A stretch of DNA of 32,000 nt from an uncultured Candidatus Neoarthromitus sp. (GTDB taxonomy: Bacteria > Bacillota > Clostridia > Clostridiales > Clostridiaceae): assembly GCA_937890765.1 (NCBI GenBank), contig CALADQ010000007.1, forward strand, positions 125,880 to 157,879, given 5' to 3'. This document shows positions 1 through 9,277 of this stretch, piece by piece (within the stretch, counting starts at the first letter, position 1; every line of letters starts with the position of its first letter). Both the position numbers and the translations under genes were made by a program. The notes beneath the pieces were generated by a model that was given only the letters and a program-made list of their open reading frames with translations, was not told the DNA's origin and ran no database searches.

Positions 1-429
1 AATGGAGCTTATCAAGTTAATTCTTTAGCTAATACTCAGGGCACTCTTGCAGTTGTTGCTGGTTTCTCTCCAGTTTTAAAAGAACAAATAAAGGCCATAA
101 ATAACATTGGAAATTATTTAAGTGAAATTGATATAACAGATTCTCTTCTTGAGAAATATAAAACAATAACTATTTCGTCTTTAGCAAATACTTGTGATGA
201 AATTGATAGAGCTAAAACAGAAATTAGAAATTATTTAGTTGGAATGAGCAAACAAGATTTTAAAAATATGATTGATGAAATTAAAAAAACAAGTTTGCAA
301 GACATAAGAAGCATAGGAAATGTAATTTGTGATATTGGCTTTAATAAAATTGGAGTTTTTGGAAATACAAATATAATAGAAGAGAATCACAAAAAATTTA
401 GCAACGTTTTTACGTTGTCATCAAAATAA
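1..429 (+). CDS. 3' end of an insulinase/M16C (PreP-like) family metallopeptidase gene; the 5' part lies outside the window
   Basis: Frame 1 is open from base 1 to TAA at 427-429; the ORF track only starts at the internal Met at 244. The tail 'NGAYQV...GFSPVLKEQI...YKTITISSL...MSKQDFKNMIDEIKKTSLQDIRSIGNVI...IGVFGNTNIIEENHKKF' follows the C-terminal pattern of clostridial PreP-like peptidases (GGAYG...SYRDPNL...IIG...R.EIL.T...DI...ICV.GN...I.EN..LF). This pattern is recalled from memory. Confidence 0.5.
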   Translation, partial: NGAYQVNSLANTQGTLAVVAGFSPVLKEQIKAINNIGNYLSEIDITDSLLEKYKTITISSLANTCDEIDRAKTEIRNYLVGMSKQDFKNMIDEIKKTSLQDIRSIGNVICDIGFNKIGVFGNTNIIEENHKKFSNVFTLSSK

Positions 430-437
430 ATTTATGT

Positions 438-468
438 AAGCACGTTTTTATATCGTGCTTTTTTGTTT
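438..468 (+). terminator. Rho-independent terminator after the peptidase gene
   Basis: Stem AAGCACG (438-444) / CGTGCTT (454-460), 9-nt loop, followed by TTTTGTTTG. Confidence 0.7.
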
Positions 469-543
469 GTATCTTTGATTAGTAACAACTAATTTAAAAT
501 TTCATATATTTAATTATGTACTTAAATTTTAGAGAGGACGTAG

Positions 544-1542
544 ATGGTTCAATATTTTAATGAGTTAAAGAATTTAGTGGAAGACAATTACGATATAACA
601 GTTCTTAATATAATGAAATTTAAAAATGTCTATAAAATTATTGGAGTAGAGGGAGATTTTTGTTTAAAACAATTTAAATATGATTTTTATAGATTGAAAC
701 ACGTTCTTGAAATATTTAATTATTTAATTGAAGAAAGTTTTGAAAATATTTTGGAGATTATACCAACTTTGTCTGGAAGAAAATATGTTCAATTAAATAA
801 TATTTATTTTTACATGACTGAATGGATTGAAAGTAGAGAATTAAATTACAGTAATTTTTATGATGTTATGAGAGCATCTCAGAATATAGCGAAGCTTCAC
901 AATTATAGTGAAGGATTTTCACCTAATTTTAAAATGAAAGCTGATGTGCGTTGGGGAAAATGGATTGAAATTTTTGATAAAAAGATTAGTGATATTTATA
1001 ATTTTAAAAAATTTATACAGGAGAAAGAACGAAATTCCATATTCGATAAAATATTTCTTGAAAATTTAGATGAAAATATTTTTATGGCCAACGAGTCCAT
1101 AGAAAATTTGAAAAAATATGATTACGAAAAAATTGTGGGAGCTCACGAAAAAAAAGGTTATATATGTCATCATGATTTGGCAAATCACAATATTTTGATT
1201 GACTCTTGTAACAAAATTTATTTTATAGATTTTGATTATGTGATTTTGGATTCTTTTCTTCATGATTTAGGTAGTTTTATTGCGAGGGTTTTGAAATATG
1301 GAAGATGGACCACAGATAAATTTAAAATGATAATCAATTCCTATAAAGATGTTAAAAGCATTTCAAAAAATGAAATCTCATTGGCACTTTCCTTTATACT
1401 TTTTCCAAATGATTTTTGGCAACTTGGTATTCAATATTATTGTGAAGATATTAATTGGAGCGAAGAAAAATTTTTAAAAAGATTGACGAGATTTGAAAAT
1501 GATAAAAAGAACAAGCGTGAATTTATATTAAGCATGATTTAA
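544..1542 (+). CDS. CotS-family (bacterial spore kinase / aminoglycoside-phosphotransferase fold) protein kinase, catalytic motifs intact
   Basis: RBS GAGAGGA lies before ATG 544. N-lobe 'VYKIIGVEGDFCLKQFKY' carries the ATP-binding Lys. Catalytic loop is 'ICHHDLANHNILID', metal-binding motif 'IYFIDFDYVILD', and the C-terminal part has 'FILFPNDFWQLG'. The overall layout is typical of CotS/CotI/YtaA. Confidence 0.8.
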   Translation: MVQYFNELKNLVEDNYDITVLNIMKFKNVYKIIGVEGDFCLKQFKYDFYRLKHVLEIFNYLIEESFENILEIIPTLSGRKYVQLNNIYFYMTEWIESRELNYSNFYDVMRASQNIAKLHNYSEGFSPNFKMKADVRWGKWIEIFDKKISDIYNFKKFIQEKERNSIFDKIFLENLDENIFMANESIENLKKYDYEKIVGAHEKKGYICHHDLANHNILIDSCNKIYFIDFDYVILDSFLHDLGSFIARVLKYGRWTTDKFKMIINSYKDVKSISKNEISLALSFILFPNDFWQLGIQYYCEDINWSEEKFLKRLTRFENDKKNKREFILSMI

Positions 1543-1566
1543 AATTAATTTTTGTTAGAGGTAAAA

Positions 1567-2301
1567 ATGAGTTTTAAAAGTTATGTTATGTCGAAGGGAA
1601 TTTATGAAATTGGTGAAAGTAATTGCACATGTTCGTTTAATAAACAATTTAATTATGAATTTGTTTGTGAACATATCAATTTAATTTTTGATATTCATGA
1701 GCGTTTGAAGGGATGCTCAATTCCAAAACAAAATTTGTTAAACAAAATGGTTGAAGATTTTAAAGTTTCTGAAAAAATTTTAAAGGAAGATTTATCTAAG
1801 TATCAATACAATTTTAAAAATGAATTTGAAGAAAATGTTTTAAAGTTTGGTGAAAATGTTTTAATAAGAATACAAAAAATATTGGATGTGATTCACAAAA
1901 ATAATTATGAGAATTTGGTTTTAAGGAGCATTAAACTTAGAGAATTTTGCGTTTACAATACGCATTTAAATGATATTTTTTCAAATCAAAATCACAAAAT
2001 ATTTATTAAAAGTATTGAGGATATTTGTGAAAATATGGTTGAGTATGATTACGTAAAATTTTTTACGAGATTGAAGAGAGGAAATTGCGATTTAGATTTT
2101 TTGAAATGTTGTGCTTACGTTTGTGGAAAAGAAAAATTAGGTATGGATAGTTACAATTTTATTTTGGCTTGCATTAGTTTTCCCTACGAATTTGTAAGAG
2201 TTATCTCAAAATATAGAGATTTAGGGGGACATTTGAACAATTATTTTAAAGAAATTAATTTTGAAAATGTTTTGAAAAAAGATGGACAGAGTTTTGTTTA
2301 A
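1567..2301 (+). CDS. Truncated CotS-like paralogue (C-lobe only) with degenerate catalytic motifs; putative pseudokinase
   Basis: Start moved to ATG 1567 (RBS AGAGG at 1557-1561) instead of TTG 1552. There is no N-lobe. The segments in catalytic positions read 'FCVYNTHLNDIFSN' and 'IFIKSIEDICEN'. The 'CISFPYEFV' motif is conserved. The gene starts 24 nt after the preceding gene. Confidence 0.55.
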   Translation: MSFKSYVMSKGIYEIGESNCTCSFNKQFNYEFVCEHINLIFDIHERLKGCSIPKQNLLNKMVEDFKVSEKILKEDLSKYQYNFKNEFEENVLKFGENVLIRIQKILDVIHKNNYENLVLRSIKLREFCVYNTHLNDIFSNQNHKIFIKSIEDICENMVEYDYVKFFTRLKRGNCDLDFLKCCAYVCGKEKLGMDSYNFILACISFPYEFVRVISKYRDLGGHLNNYFKEINFENVLKKDGQSFV

Positions 2302-2311
2302 AGAGGTAGTT

Positions 2312-3355
2312 ATGTTTAAAAATTCTATTTATGATAACGCACTAAACTGTGAAAATTATAATTTAACATACGATTTTTTGAATGGCGTTTTGGGAATTGA
2401 TGTTGTGGAGTGCTATCCAACGAAATATGGTTTTCATATTTTGGACGACAATGAAAAATCTTATATGCTTTGTGAAATTAATTCTAATGAAATTCACAAA
2501 TACAATTATTTATTTGATATTTTGAATTTGTTTGAAAAAAAATGTGGAAATGTTTTGGGCATGCACACTCATGATTCAAAAAATATATTTTATGACAAAT
2601 TAAACAATGAAAATTATGTTGTATTTAAATGTGGAAATTACATTAAGTATAGTGATTTTGATTTTTGCAAAATTGAAAATAGTTTAAAAAATTTTTATAG
2701 CTTGTCCGAATCATGTTTAAATGATTTTAAAAATTTTAATTTGATAGAAGACATTGAGCTTTTAAGAGTTGGTCAAGATTTTAAATTAATAGGTCCAAGA
2801 CTTGAACGAATTAAAATATTAAATAAAATTGTGGAATTCTCTGACGACAACGATATGAAAAAATTTTTGAATCATCATTGCAAAATTTTGTTTAATTATC
2901 TTTTGAATGTTAGAGAATTTTTTTTAAGTCCTCTGTACAAAAAATATTGTGAAAATCATAAAAACATAAGATTTATAAATGGATGGCTTTCGAATAGAAC
3001 TTTTGCGATAGAGAATGACAAAATAAATTTGTGCAATTTTTACAACTCGTCGATTAATTTGTTTGTAAAAGATTTATCGTCCTTAATTGATAAACTTATT
3101 CCTTATTTCGGAAATGAAATTTTGTTTAAATTTATTTTAAATATTATCGAAAATTTTGAAGGCGATAAGCGAGAACATTTAAAAGTTCTGAAAAATTATA
3201 TTAAGTTTAATAATTCTTTGGAAAAATTTTTTGGAGAGAGCTTTTTAAAATTTAATTGCGAAAAATTTCAATATTTTTCAGAATCCAAGTTGATTGAATT
3301 AAATAATCTAAACAAAAAACTAAATGATTTGTTAAATCTGATATCCTCCTTTTGA
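2312..3355 (+). CDS. Full-length CotS-like paralogue with substituted catalytic residues; putative pseudokinase
   Basis: Start moved to ATG 2312 (RBS AAGAGG at 2301-2306, directly after the upstream stop at 2299-2301). 'KSYMLCEINS' sits at the Lys position, 'FINGWLSNRTFAIE' at the HxDxxxxN position and 'INLCNFYNSSIN' at the DFD position. Alignment is by eye. Confidence 0.5.
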   Translation: MFKNSIYDNALNCENYNLTYDFLNGVLGIDVVECYPTKYGFHILDDNEKSYMLCEINSNEIHKYNYLFDILNLFEKKCGNVLGMHTHDSKNIFYDKLNNENYVVFKCGNYIKYSDFDFCKIENSLKNFYSLSESCLNDFKNFNLIEDIELLRVGQDFKLIGPRLERIKILNKIVEFSDDNDMKKFLNHHCKILFNYLLNVREFFLSPLYKKYCENHKNIRFINGWLSNRTFAIENDKINLCNFYNSSINLFVKDLSSLIDKLIPYFGNEILFKFILNIIENFEGDKREHLKVLKNYIKFNNSLEKFFGESFLKFNCEKFQYFSESKLIELNNLNKKLNDLLNLISSF

Positions 3356-3378
3356 TTTTTGGAGGATTTATTTTTTTG
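3343..3378 (+). terminator. Rho-independent terminator closing the CotS-like operon
   Basis: Stem ATCCTCC (3343-3349) / GGAGGAT (3361-3367), then TTATTTTTTTG. It overlaps the stop codon. Confidence 0.7.
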
Positions 3379-3460
3379 AAAATCACAAAATTCTTTAATC
3401 GCATTGTTTGTATAAAATATAAAAACTACTTAAATAATAACTTTAGAGGTGGTTTATTCG

Positions 3461-4276
3461 ATGGATACATATTCACATTTAAATATAACTGACGTTCTAG
3501 AAATAATTAGAAAAGTTAATCCTGTAAAAATTTTAGATGCCAATGTAGGATTTGGACGTTGGGGAATACTTTGTCGTGAACTTCTCGAAAGAGATAATAA
3601 TGGAAAAATTAAAAGACCAGATCTTTGGAATTTAAAAATAGATGGCGTGGAAAATATAGAAAACAATCAATTACATAATTATCATGATGTTTTTTATGAT
3701 AATATTTATAGACAAAGTTTGCAGGGATTTTTACAAAATCATCTTTCGCTTTATGACATAACAATTTTTTCAGAAGTATTAGAAAAATTTCCGCAAAATG
3801 TTGGACTAGAGATGATAAAAAATGCAATGGAGATTTCAAGATTTATTTTAATTTATGTTAAGCTTGGTGAACATAATGATTCTCAAAATGATAGAGCGAC
3901 AATTTGGAATGAAAATAATTTTTCAAATTACATCGTTGTAAACAAAATAATTTTAAATGATAAATTTGGAAACAATTATGGAATATTTCTTTTAGAATGC
4001 GATACAACTAAAAGAATTTACAATAAAAATGTTGTTATATATGGTTTGGATGATTATTTCGATTTGTCAGTAAAACCATTTGTTAATGAAAGCAGAATAA
4101 TTTGTTTTATGGAAGAAAATGTTTTTAGACAGGGGCTTTTCTTTATGAACAAAATGATATATACAATAAAGGGCGTTAGAAAAATTAAGGAAGATTTTTT
4201 GATTATCATAGCTAGCGTTTTTTACAGAGATATAAAAAGGAAATTGGAAGCAGCAAGCTTATATAATTTCATTTAA
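3461..4276 (+). CDS. Class I SAM-dependent methyltransferase-like protein with a C-terminal roughly 90-aa Rossmann-like extension
   Basis: ATG 3461 is preceded by AGAGGTGG; the ORF-track GTG 3449 lies inside that RBS. Motif I-like 'KILDANVGFGRWG', acidic post-I 'KIDGVE' and motif II-like 'YDITIFSEVLEKF' are present. The C-terminus 'VVIYGLDDYF...IICFMEEN...FLIIIAS' resembles small nucleotide-binding domains. Confidence 0.55.
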   Translation: MDTYSHLNITDVLEIIRKVNPVKILDANVGFGRWGILCRELLERDNNGKIKRPDLWNLKIDGVENIENNQLHNYHDVFYDNIYRQSLQGFLQNHLSLYDITIFSEVLEKFPQNVGLEMIKNAMEISRFILIYVKLGEHNDSQNDRATIWNENNFSNYIVVNKIILNDKFGNNYGIFLLECDTTKRIYNKNVVIYGLDDYFDLSVKPFVNESRIICFMEENVFRQGLFFMNKMIYTIKGVRKIKEDFLIIIASVFYRDIKRKLEAASLYNFI

Positions 4277-4312
4277 AAAAGACTTTAAAATTTTAAAGTC
4301 TTTTTGTTTTTT
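4276..4312. terminator. Bidirectional terminator shared by convergent genes (perfect 15+15 nt palindrome)
   Basis: 4276-4290 AAAAAGACTTTAAAA pairs perfectly with 4291-4305 TTTTAAAGTCTTTTT. A T-run follows on the + strand, and the arm itself ends in a U-run on the - strand. Confidence 0.75.
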
Positions 4313-4337
4313 GTATTTTTATATGACTTTATTGAAA

Positions 4338-4568
4338 TTATGAAAATGAGTTTCCTAAATAATTTATACAACAATCCAAATTTTGAAATAAAGGCTCTAT
4401 TGTGCTTTTGAACTCCCCAATTTGATAATTGACAGGCTGATTAAATAAAATTTGCTCAGTCTTAATATTAAACACTAAAAGATTTGTAGAATTAATATCG
4501 TAGTTAATTGATATGTTTTCATTATTTGATTTAACGTAATTAAGTAATTCATCTAGTGATTCGAACAT
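4338..4568 (-). CDS. Small (76 aa) hypothetical protein
   Basis: GGAGG RBS 9 nt upstream of the ATG (reverse complement of 4569-4582 contains GGAGGTATAAGAAA then ATG). A terminator lies downstream. No recognisable motif. Confidence 0.5.
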   Translation of the reverse strand: MFESLDELLNYVKSNNENISINYDINSTNLLVFNIKTEQILFNQPVNYQIGEFKSTIEPLFQNLDCCINYLGNSFS

Positions 4569-4626
4569 TTTCTTATACCTCCACTAAATTTCTTATTTAT
4601 ATTAATTGCAGTTAATTATAAAATTA

Positions 4627-4656
4627 TTCAATATTTTTATTGTTGTATGTTAAAAT
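4627..4656 (+). promoter_or_regulatory. Candidate sigma-A promoter for recJ (extended -10)
   Basis: TGtTAAAAT at 4648-4656 is an extended -10. A weak -35 TTCAAT at 4627-4632 gives an 18-nt spacer. It overlaps the ORF-track ATG at 4647, which argues against that start. Confidence 0.35.
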
Positions 4657-4673
4657 ATTTGCGAGGTAGTTTT

Positions 4674-6440
4674 ATGAGTGAATGGATACTTAGAAATAAA
4701 AAATCTTTTATACAAAATTATAATGATTTGGATATATCTCCAAAATTTTTGAAATTGCTCATTAATAGAGGTTTTAAAAATTTTGAAGATATATACGACT
4801 ATATAAATTTAAATGAAAAATTTTTGAATGATGCAACCGAATTAAAAGGCTTCGACGAATTTATGAAAATAATTTTTTATTTGAAAGATAGTGGTAGGAA
4901 AATTAGAATCGTTGGTGATTACGATGTGGATGGAATTATAAGTGTGTACATATTAAATAAAACTTTTAAAGATGTCGGCCTTAACGTAGATTTTGTTATA
5001 CCACACAGGATTAAAGATGGATATGGAATAAACAAAGAAATTGTAATTCAAGCAAAAAATGATGGAATAGATACTTTGATAACTTGTGATAATGGAATTT
5101 CTGCTTTTGAAGTTGTGGAATTTGCAAAAAGTCAAGGATTAAAAATTATAATTACGGACCATCACGATATTCAAACTAAGATTGATGAAAATGGAGAAAA
5201 AATTTTCGTAATTCCAAATGCCGATTCGGTTGTTAATCCAAAACAAGAAGATTGTAATTATAAATTCAAAAAACTTTGTGGTGCTGGAGTTTGTTTTAAA
5301 ATTTGTTCGGAAGTTTATAAAGCATTTGGATTTGGTGATGAGGGAATGAAACTTTTAGAATTTGTGGCGATTGCTACGATTTGTGATGTTGTTGATTTGG
5401 AAAAAGAAAATCGCTTCATTGTCAAATACGGAATGGATTTAATAAATGATTCAACAAATATTGGTATAAATGCCATAATCGATGCGAACTCGTTGACTAA
5501 GGGAAAAATATTTTCGTACGAAATAGGATTTTTAATAGGGCCATGTTTAAATGCGTTGGGAAGGCTTGAAAGTGCAAAAAAAGGAATTGAACTTTTGCTT
5601 TGTGATGATTTTGAAAAAGCTAAAAAGATGGCTGTTGAAATTAAAAATTTAAATGATAAACGAAAAGATTTAACGCTCGAGGGATTTGTGCAGTGTGTTA
5701 ACATAATTGAAGAAAATTTTTACTTCAATGACAAAATAATTTTAGTTTACAATGAAAACATACATGAAAGCGTTGCAGGGATTATTGCTGGGCGAATAAA
5801 GGAAAAATATTATAAGCCAACTATAGTTTTAACTAACAGTGGTGAAATTTGTAAAGGCTCAGCTCGTTCTATTGAAGGAATAAATATATTTGATGTTTTG
5901 ACGAGAAGTAAAAGTTTATTAATTTCGTTTGGTGGTCATGAGATGGCGGCAGGGTTGTCCATCGCAAAGAATAATATTGAAAAATTGAGAATGAAAATTA
6001 ATTCTTTTGATATAGATGAAAAAATATTTTCAAATAAAATTTATGTTGATTTGTTTCTCCCAATTCAAGATGTTGATTATAAATTTGTTACTGATTTATT
6101 TTTGCTCGAGCCTTTTGGGAAATCAAATCCAAAAATTATTTTGGGCGACAAAAATTTAAAATTATATTCAATAAACAGAATATGGAAAAAACAAAATTAT
6201 ATTTCACTAAAAATTATTTCGAGCAACGGAAAAATTTTTGATTTTGTTTATTTTGGAGATGCAAATGAATTTGATAAATCATTTTCAGAAAAGTATGGAG
6301 AAAATAATTTGAAATTAATTTATTCGGGGAAGGCAAATCTAAATTCAAAATTTTTTATTGATATTTTATATGAGGTAAAAATTGAAACTTATAATTTTAA
6401 CGAAATGATTAAATATTTTTTGTACAAATATAGATTTTAA
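4674..6440 (+). CDS. recJ: Single-stranded-DNA-specific exonuclease RecJ
   Basis: ATG 4674 has RBS GAGGT at 4663-4667. DHH-family motifs are 'VGDYDVDGIIS', 'ITCDNG' and 'ITDHHD'. The DHHA1 motif is 'FGGHEMAAG'. Size (588 aa) is typical. Confidence 0.9.
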   Translation: MSEWILRNKKSFIQNYNDLDISPKFLKLLINRGFKNFEDIYDYINLNEKFLNDATELKGFDEFMKIIFYLKDSGRKIRIVGDYDVDGIISVYILNKTFKDVGLNVDFVIPHRIKDGYGINKEIVIQAKNDGIDTLITCDNGISAFEVVEFAKSQGLKIIITDHHDIQTKIDENGEKIFVIPNADSVVNPKQEDCNYKFKKLCGAGVCFKICSEVYKAFGFGDEGMKLLEFVAIATICDVVDLEKENRFIVKYGMDLINDSTNIGINAIIDANSLTKGKIFSYEIGFLIGPCLNALGRLESAKKGIELLLCDDFEKAKKMAVEIKNLNDKRKDLTLEGFVQCVNIIEENFYFNDKIILVYNENIHESVAGIIAGRIKEKYYKPTIVLTNSGEICKGSARSIEGINIFDVLTRSKSLLISFGGHEMAAGLSIAKNNIEKLRMKINSFDIDEKIFSNKIYVDLFLPIQDVDYKFVTDLFLLEPFGKSNPKIILGDKNLKLYSINRIWKKQNYISLKIISSNGKIFDFVYFGDANEFDKSFSEKYGENNLKLIYSGKANLNSKFFIDILYEVKIETYNFNEMIKYFLYKYRF

Positions 6441-6453
6441 AAGGTGATGACGT

Positions 6454-8121
6454 ATGCAAATATATGACATTGAAGGACATGACAGTATCATAAATTCTTT
6501 TAATGATATTGTTATAGTTTCGGATTTAAACAACAACATTAAATCTTATAATAAACGAGCATATAAATTTTTTTCATTTGATGAAAATTTTTTAAAGGGA
6601 AAGAATGTTTTAGATTTTATAAAATCTTTTGAAGTTGATGTCCATGATAAATTTGTTGAGGGAAAAGAATTTGATTTTAATGAAATAATGACTCGTGGAA
6701 ATTTGAAAAATGATACAAAGACAATTGTTCTTAAAAAAACTTTGAGAAGGTCAGAATTATTTTTTAAATTTGGAATGTACGAACACAAAAATCAAAATGA
6801 TGAGGTCATTGGGAATATAGTTATTCTTACGGACATTACAGAAATATATAAAGCTTACAAAGATTTGTACAAAAACAACGAGTTAATAAAACAGTATGTT
6901 ATTGAAATGAAAGGAATATTGGATATACGCCAAAGAACAAATCAAAAAAAAGATAACCACGTAATTCACGTTAATAATATAATAAATAATTTGCATGAAG
7001 GAATAATTGTTGTTGATAATTATTTCAACGATATTTTTTGCAATGAAGCTTATAAAAATATTTTAGATTTTACGCCAATGGAATTTATATCTCTGAAATT
7101 TTTGGACAATTATAAAGTTGAATGTATAAGCGACCCCAAAATGCACATTAGGGATTTTTTGAAAAATTTAAAATACAAAAGCAACAAGAAAAGCGAACAA
7201 TTTTTATTTAAAAATATTTTAAATGGTGTGGAAAAATATTTTCAAATAACATTAAACTCTATGGAATCAAACAATGAATCTCACATTAGATATCACAATG
7301 TAATTACTTTTTCAGATATAACTGATATGAAGCAACAAGAAATTTTGAAAGATGATTTTTTTAACATGGTTTCTCATGAACTTAGAACTCCGATAACTTT
7401 AATAAAATCTTCACTTCAAGCTCTTGAAAATATTTGTAAAGATGAGCTAACTGAAAATATGAAAAAATATTTAAATATGATGAATAAAAATAGTTCAAGA
7501 CTGTTAAAACTTATTAATAATATACTAGATTTATCCAAAGCAGAATCTGGATACATGTCACCAGTTATAGCTTGTTTTGATATAGTAGTTATAACAGAAG
7601 ATATTGTAACTTCAATCAATATTCACGCAAATCATAAAAAAAATATACAAGTTATCTTTGAACCAAATGTTGAAGAAGCTTATGTATATTTTGATAAGGA
7701 CATGTACGAAAAAATATTGTTGAATTTGTTATCAAATGCCATAAAATTTACTCCAAATAATAAATTTGTTTATGTTGATTTGGTAATTTCAGAAAATAGT
7801 TTTACTTTAAAAGTTAGAGATCAAGGAGTTGGAATACCACAAGATAAATTAAATGATATATTCGACAAATTCATACAAGTTACTTCTATTTTGAGCAGGG
7901 GGGCAGAAGGGAGCGGAATAGGTTTGTCTTTGGTCAAAAAATTTGTTGATATATTGAATGGTGAAATAACAATTTATAGTAAAATTGGTGTAGGAAGTGA
8001 ATTTAAGTTAACTTTTAACAATATGAAAATAGGAAAAGAATTAGACAATGCGGAAGATATATTTATAAATGATGATATAGATGGAAGAGTAGAACTTTAT
8101 TTTTCTGATATATATTCCTAA
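6454..8121 (+). CDS. Soluble sensor histidine kinase with two PAS-like domains (orphan, no adjacent response regulator)
   Basis: RBS AAGGTGA lies 13 nt after the recJ stop. H-box 'MVSHELRTPIT', N-box 'LLNLLSNAIKFTP', G1 'VRDQGVGIP', F 'IFDKFIQV' and G2 'GSGIGLSLVKKF' are present. There are two PAS-like N-terminal segments and no hydrophobic TM segment. Confidence 0.9.
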   Translation: MQIYDIEGHDSIINSFNDIVIVSDLNNNIKSYNKRAYKFFSFDENFLKGKNVLDFIKSFEVDVHDKFVEGKEFDFNEIMTRGNLKNDTKTIVLKKTLRRSELFFKFGMYEHKNQNDEVIGNIVILTDITEIYKAYKDLYKNNELIKQYVIEMKGILDIRQRTNQKKDNHVIHVNNIINNLHEGIIVVDNYFNDIFCNEAYKNILDFTPMEFISLKFLDNYKVECISDPKMHIRDFLKNLKYKSNKKSEQFLFKNILNGVEKYFQITLNSMESNNESHIRYHNVITFSDITDMKQQEILKDDFFNMVSHELRTPITLIKSSLQALENICKDELTENMKKYLNMMNKNSSRLLKLINNILDLSKAESGYMSPVIACFDIVVITEDIVTSINIHANHKKNIQVIFEPNVEEAYVYFDKDMYEKILLNLLSNAIKFTPNNKFVYVDLVISENSFTLKVRDQGVGIPQDKLNDIFDKFIQVTSILSRGAEGSGIGLSLVKKFVDILNGEITIYSKIGVGSEFKLTFNNMKIGKELDNAEDIFINDDIDGRVELYFSDIYS

Positions 8122-8169
8122 GGTATTTTAGTGTATTTTTAATGTTAATTTTTAAGAGGTTAATTTACA

Positions 8170-9237
8170 ATGAAAAAAAAGATTGTTTTAACAGGTGGGG
8201 GAACGGCAGGACATGTTATTCCTAATATTGCAATCATCCCGAAGTTGCGAAGCAAGGGATATGAAATAGTTTATATAGGAAGTAAAAATGGAATAGAGAG
8301 TAAGCTTATAGAAAATGAAAATATAAAGTATTATGGAATAAGTACAGGAAAACTTAGAAGATACTTCGATTTAAATAATTTTAAGGATCCATTTAAAGTA
8401 ATAAAGGGAATTTTTGAAGCATCTAGTATTTTGAAGAAAGAAAAACCAGATATTGTGTTTTCGAAAGGTGGTTTTGTTTCAATTCCTGTTATACTTGCAG
8501 CTTTTAAAAATAAAATTCCTGTTGTATCCCATGAATCAGATATTACACCAGGACTTGCGAACAAAATTTCTATTCCTTTTACAAAAAAAGTATGTATAAC
8601 TTTTCCTGAAACTAAAAATTTTATAAATGAGAGTAAGGTTGAGTTTACAGGAACTCCGATACGAGAAGATTTATTTTTAGGAAATGAAAATAAAGGAATA
8701 AAGATATGTGGTTTTAATAATGATAAGCCTAATGTTTTGGTAATGGGAGGAAGTCAAGGTTCAGTTTTTATAAATAATTTAATTAGGAGAAATTTGAATT
8801 ACTTATTAGATAAGTTTAATATAATCCATATTTGTGGAAAAAATAATGTAGATAAGTTTTTAAATAATGTAGGTGGATATGTTCAATATGAATATGTTAA
8901 CGATGAACAAGCTCATCTATTTAAGATAAGCAGTATTGTTATCTCCAGAGCAGGTTCAAATAGTATACACGAGTTATTGGCATTAAAAAAACCCAATATT
9001 TTAATACCTTTGTCTCGTAATGCAAGTAGAGGAGATCAGATTTTAAATGCTAAATCTTTTAAGGACAGAGGATTTAGTGAGGTCTTAGAAGAAGAGGAAT
9101 TAACAAGTTTTGAAATATTAATGTTAAAGTTGGAAAATGTTTATTCTAATAGGGAAAAGTATATAAAAAATATGGAAATAGAGTCTATTAATTCAATTGA
9201 TAAAATTGTTAATATATTAGATAAATATTTAAAGTGA
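8170..9237 (+). CDS. murG: Undecaprenyldiphospho-muramoylpentapeptide beta-N-acetylglucosaminyltransferase MurG
   Basis: '[16 protein letters not shown]', 'TGKLRRYF', '[15 protein letters not shown]', '[12 protein letters not shown]' and 'GGSQGS' closely match streptococcal/clostridial MurG. Confidence 0.93.
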   Translation: MKKKIVLTGGGTAGHVIPNIAIIPKLRSKGYEIVYIGSKNGIESKLIENENIKYYGISTGKLRRYFDLNNFKDPFKVIKGIFEASSILKKEKPDIVFSKGGFVSIPVILAAFKNKIPVVSHESDITPGLANKISIPFTKKVCITFPETKNFINESKVEFTGTPIREDLFLGNENKGIKICGFNNDKPNVLVMGGSQGSVFINNLIRRNLNYLLDKFNIIHICGKNNVDKFLNNVGGYVQYEYVNDEQAHLFKISSIVISRAGSNSIHELLALKKPNILIPLSRNASRGDQILNAKSFKDRGFSEVLEEEELTSFEILMLKLENVYSNREKYIKNMEIESINSIDKIVNILDKYLK

Positions 9238-9240
9238 AAA

Positions 9241-9277
9241 AAGGAGAATTCATTTTTTAGTTGAATTCTCCTTTTAT
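9241..9277. terminator. Bidirectional terminator between convergent murG and the 9274-9855 gene
   Basis: AAGGAGAATTCA (9241-9252) / TGAATTCTCCTT (9262-9273), 9-nt loop. It is flanked by an A-run upstream and T-rich sequence downstream. Confidence 0.7.

Noticed and set aside
478-510. Palindrome ATTAGTaacaACTAAT (478-493) and a 'CATATATT' box (503-510) upstream of the CotS-like operon, as a possible operator and mother-cell sigma-E/K-type -10
   Set aside because: Six-bp AT-only inverted repeats and CATA-type boxes are expected by chance in DNA this AT-rich. I found no convincing matching -35 element. They are only worth revisiting if the organism is shown to sporulate.
4647-4673. Upstream in-frame starts given by the ORF track: recJ ATG 4647, SBP ATG 26838, TTG 1552, ATG 2282 and GTG 3449
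   Set aside because: In each case a downstream ATG has a well-spaced GGAGG-like RBS. The upstream codon lies in a promoter, a terminator or the previous gene. For the SBP, only the downstream start gives a proper lipoprotein signal peptide.
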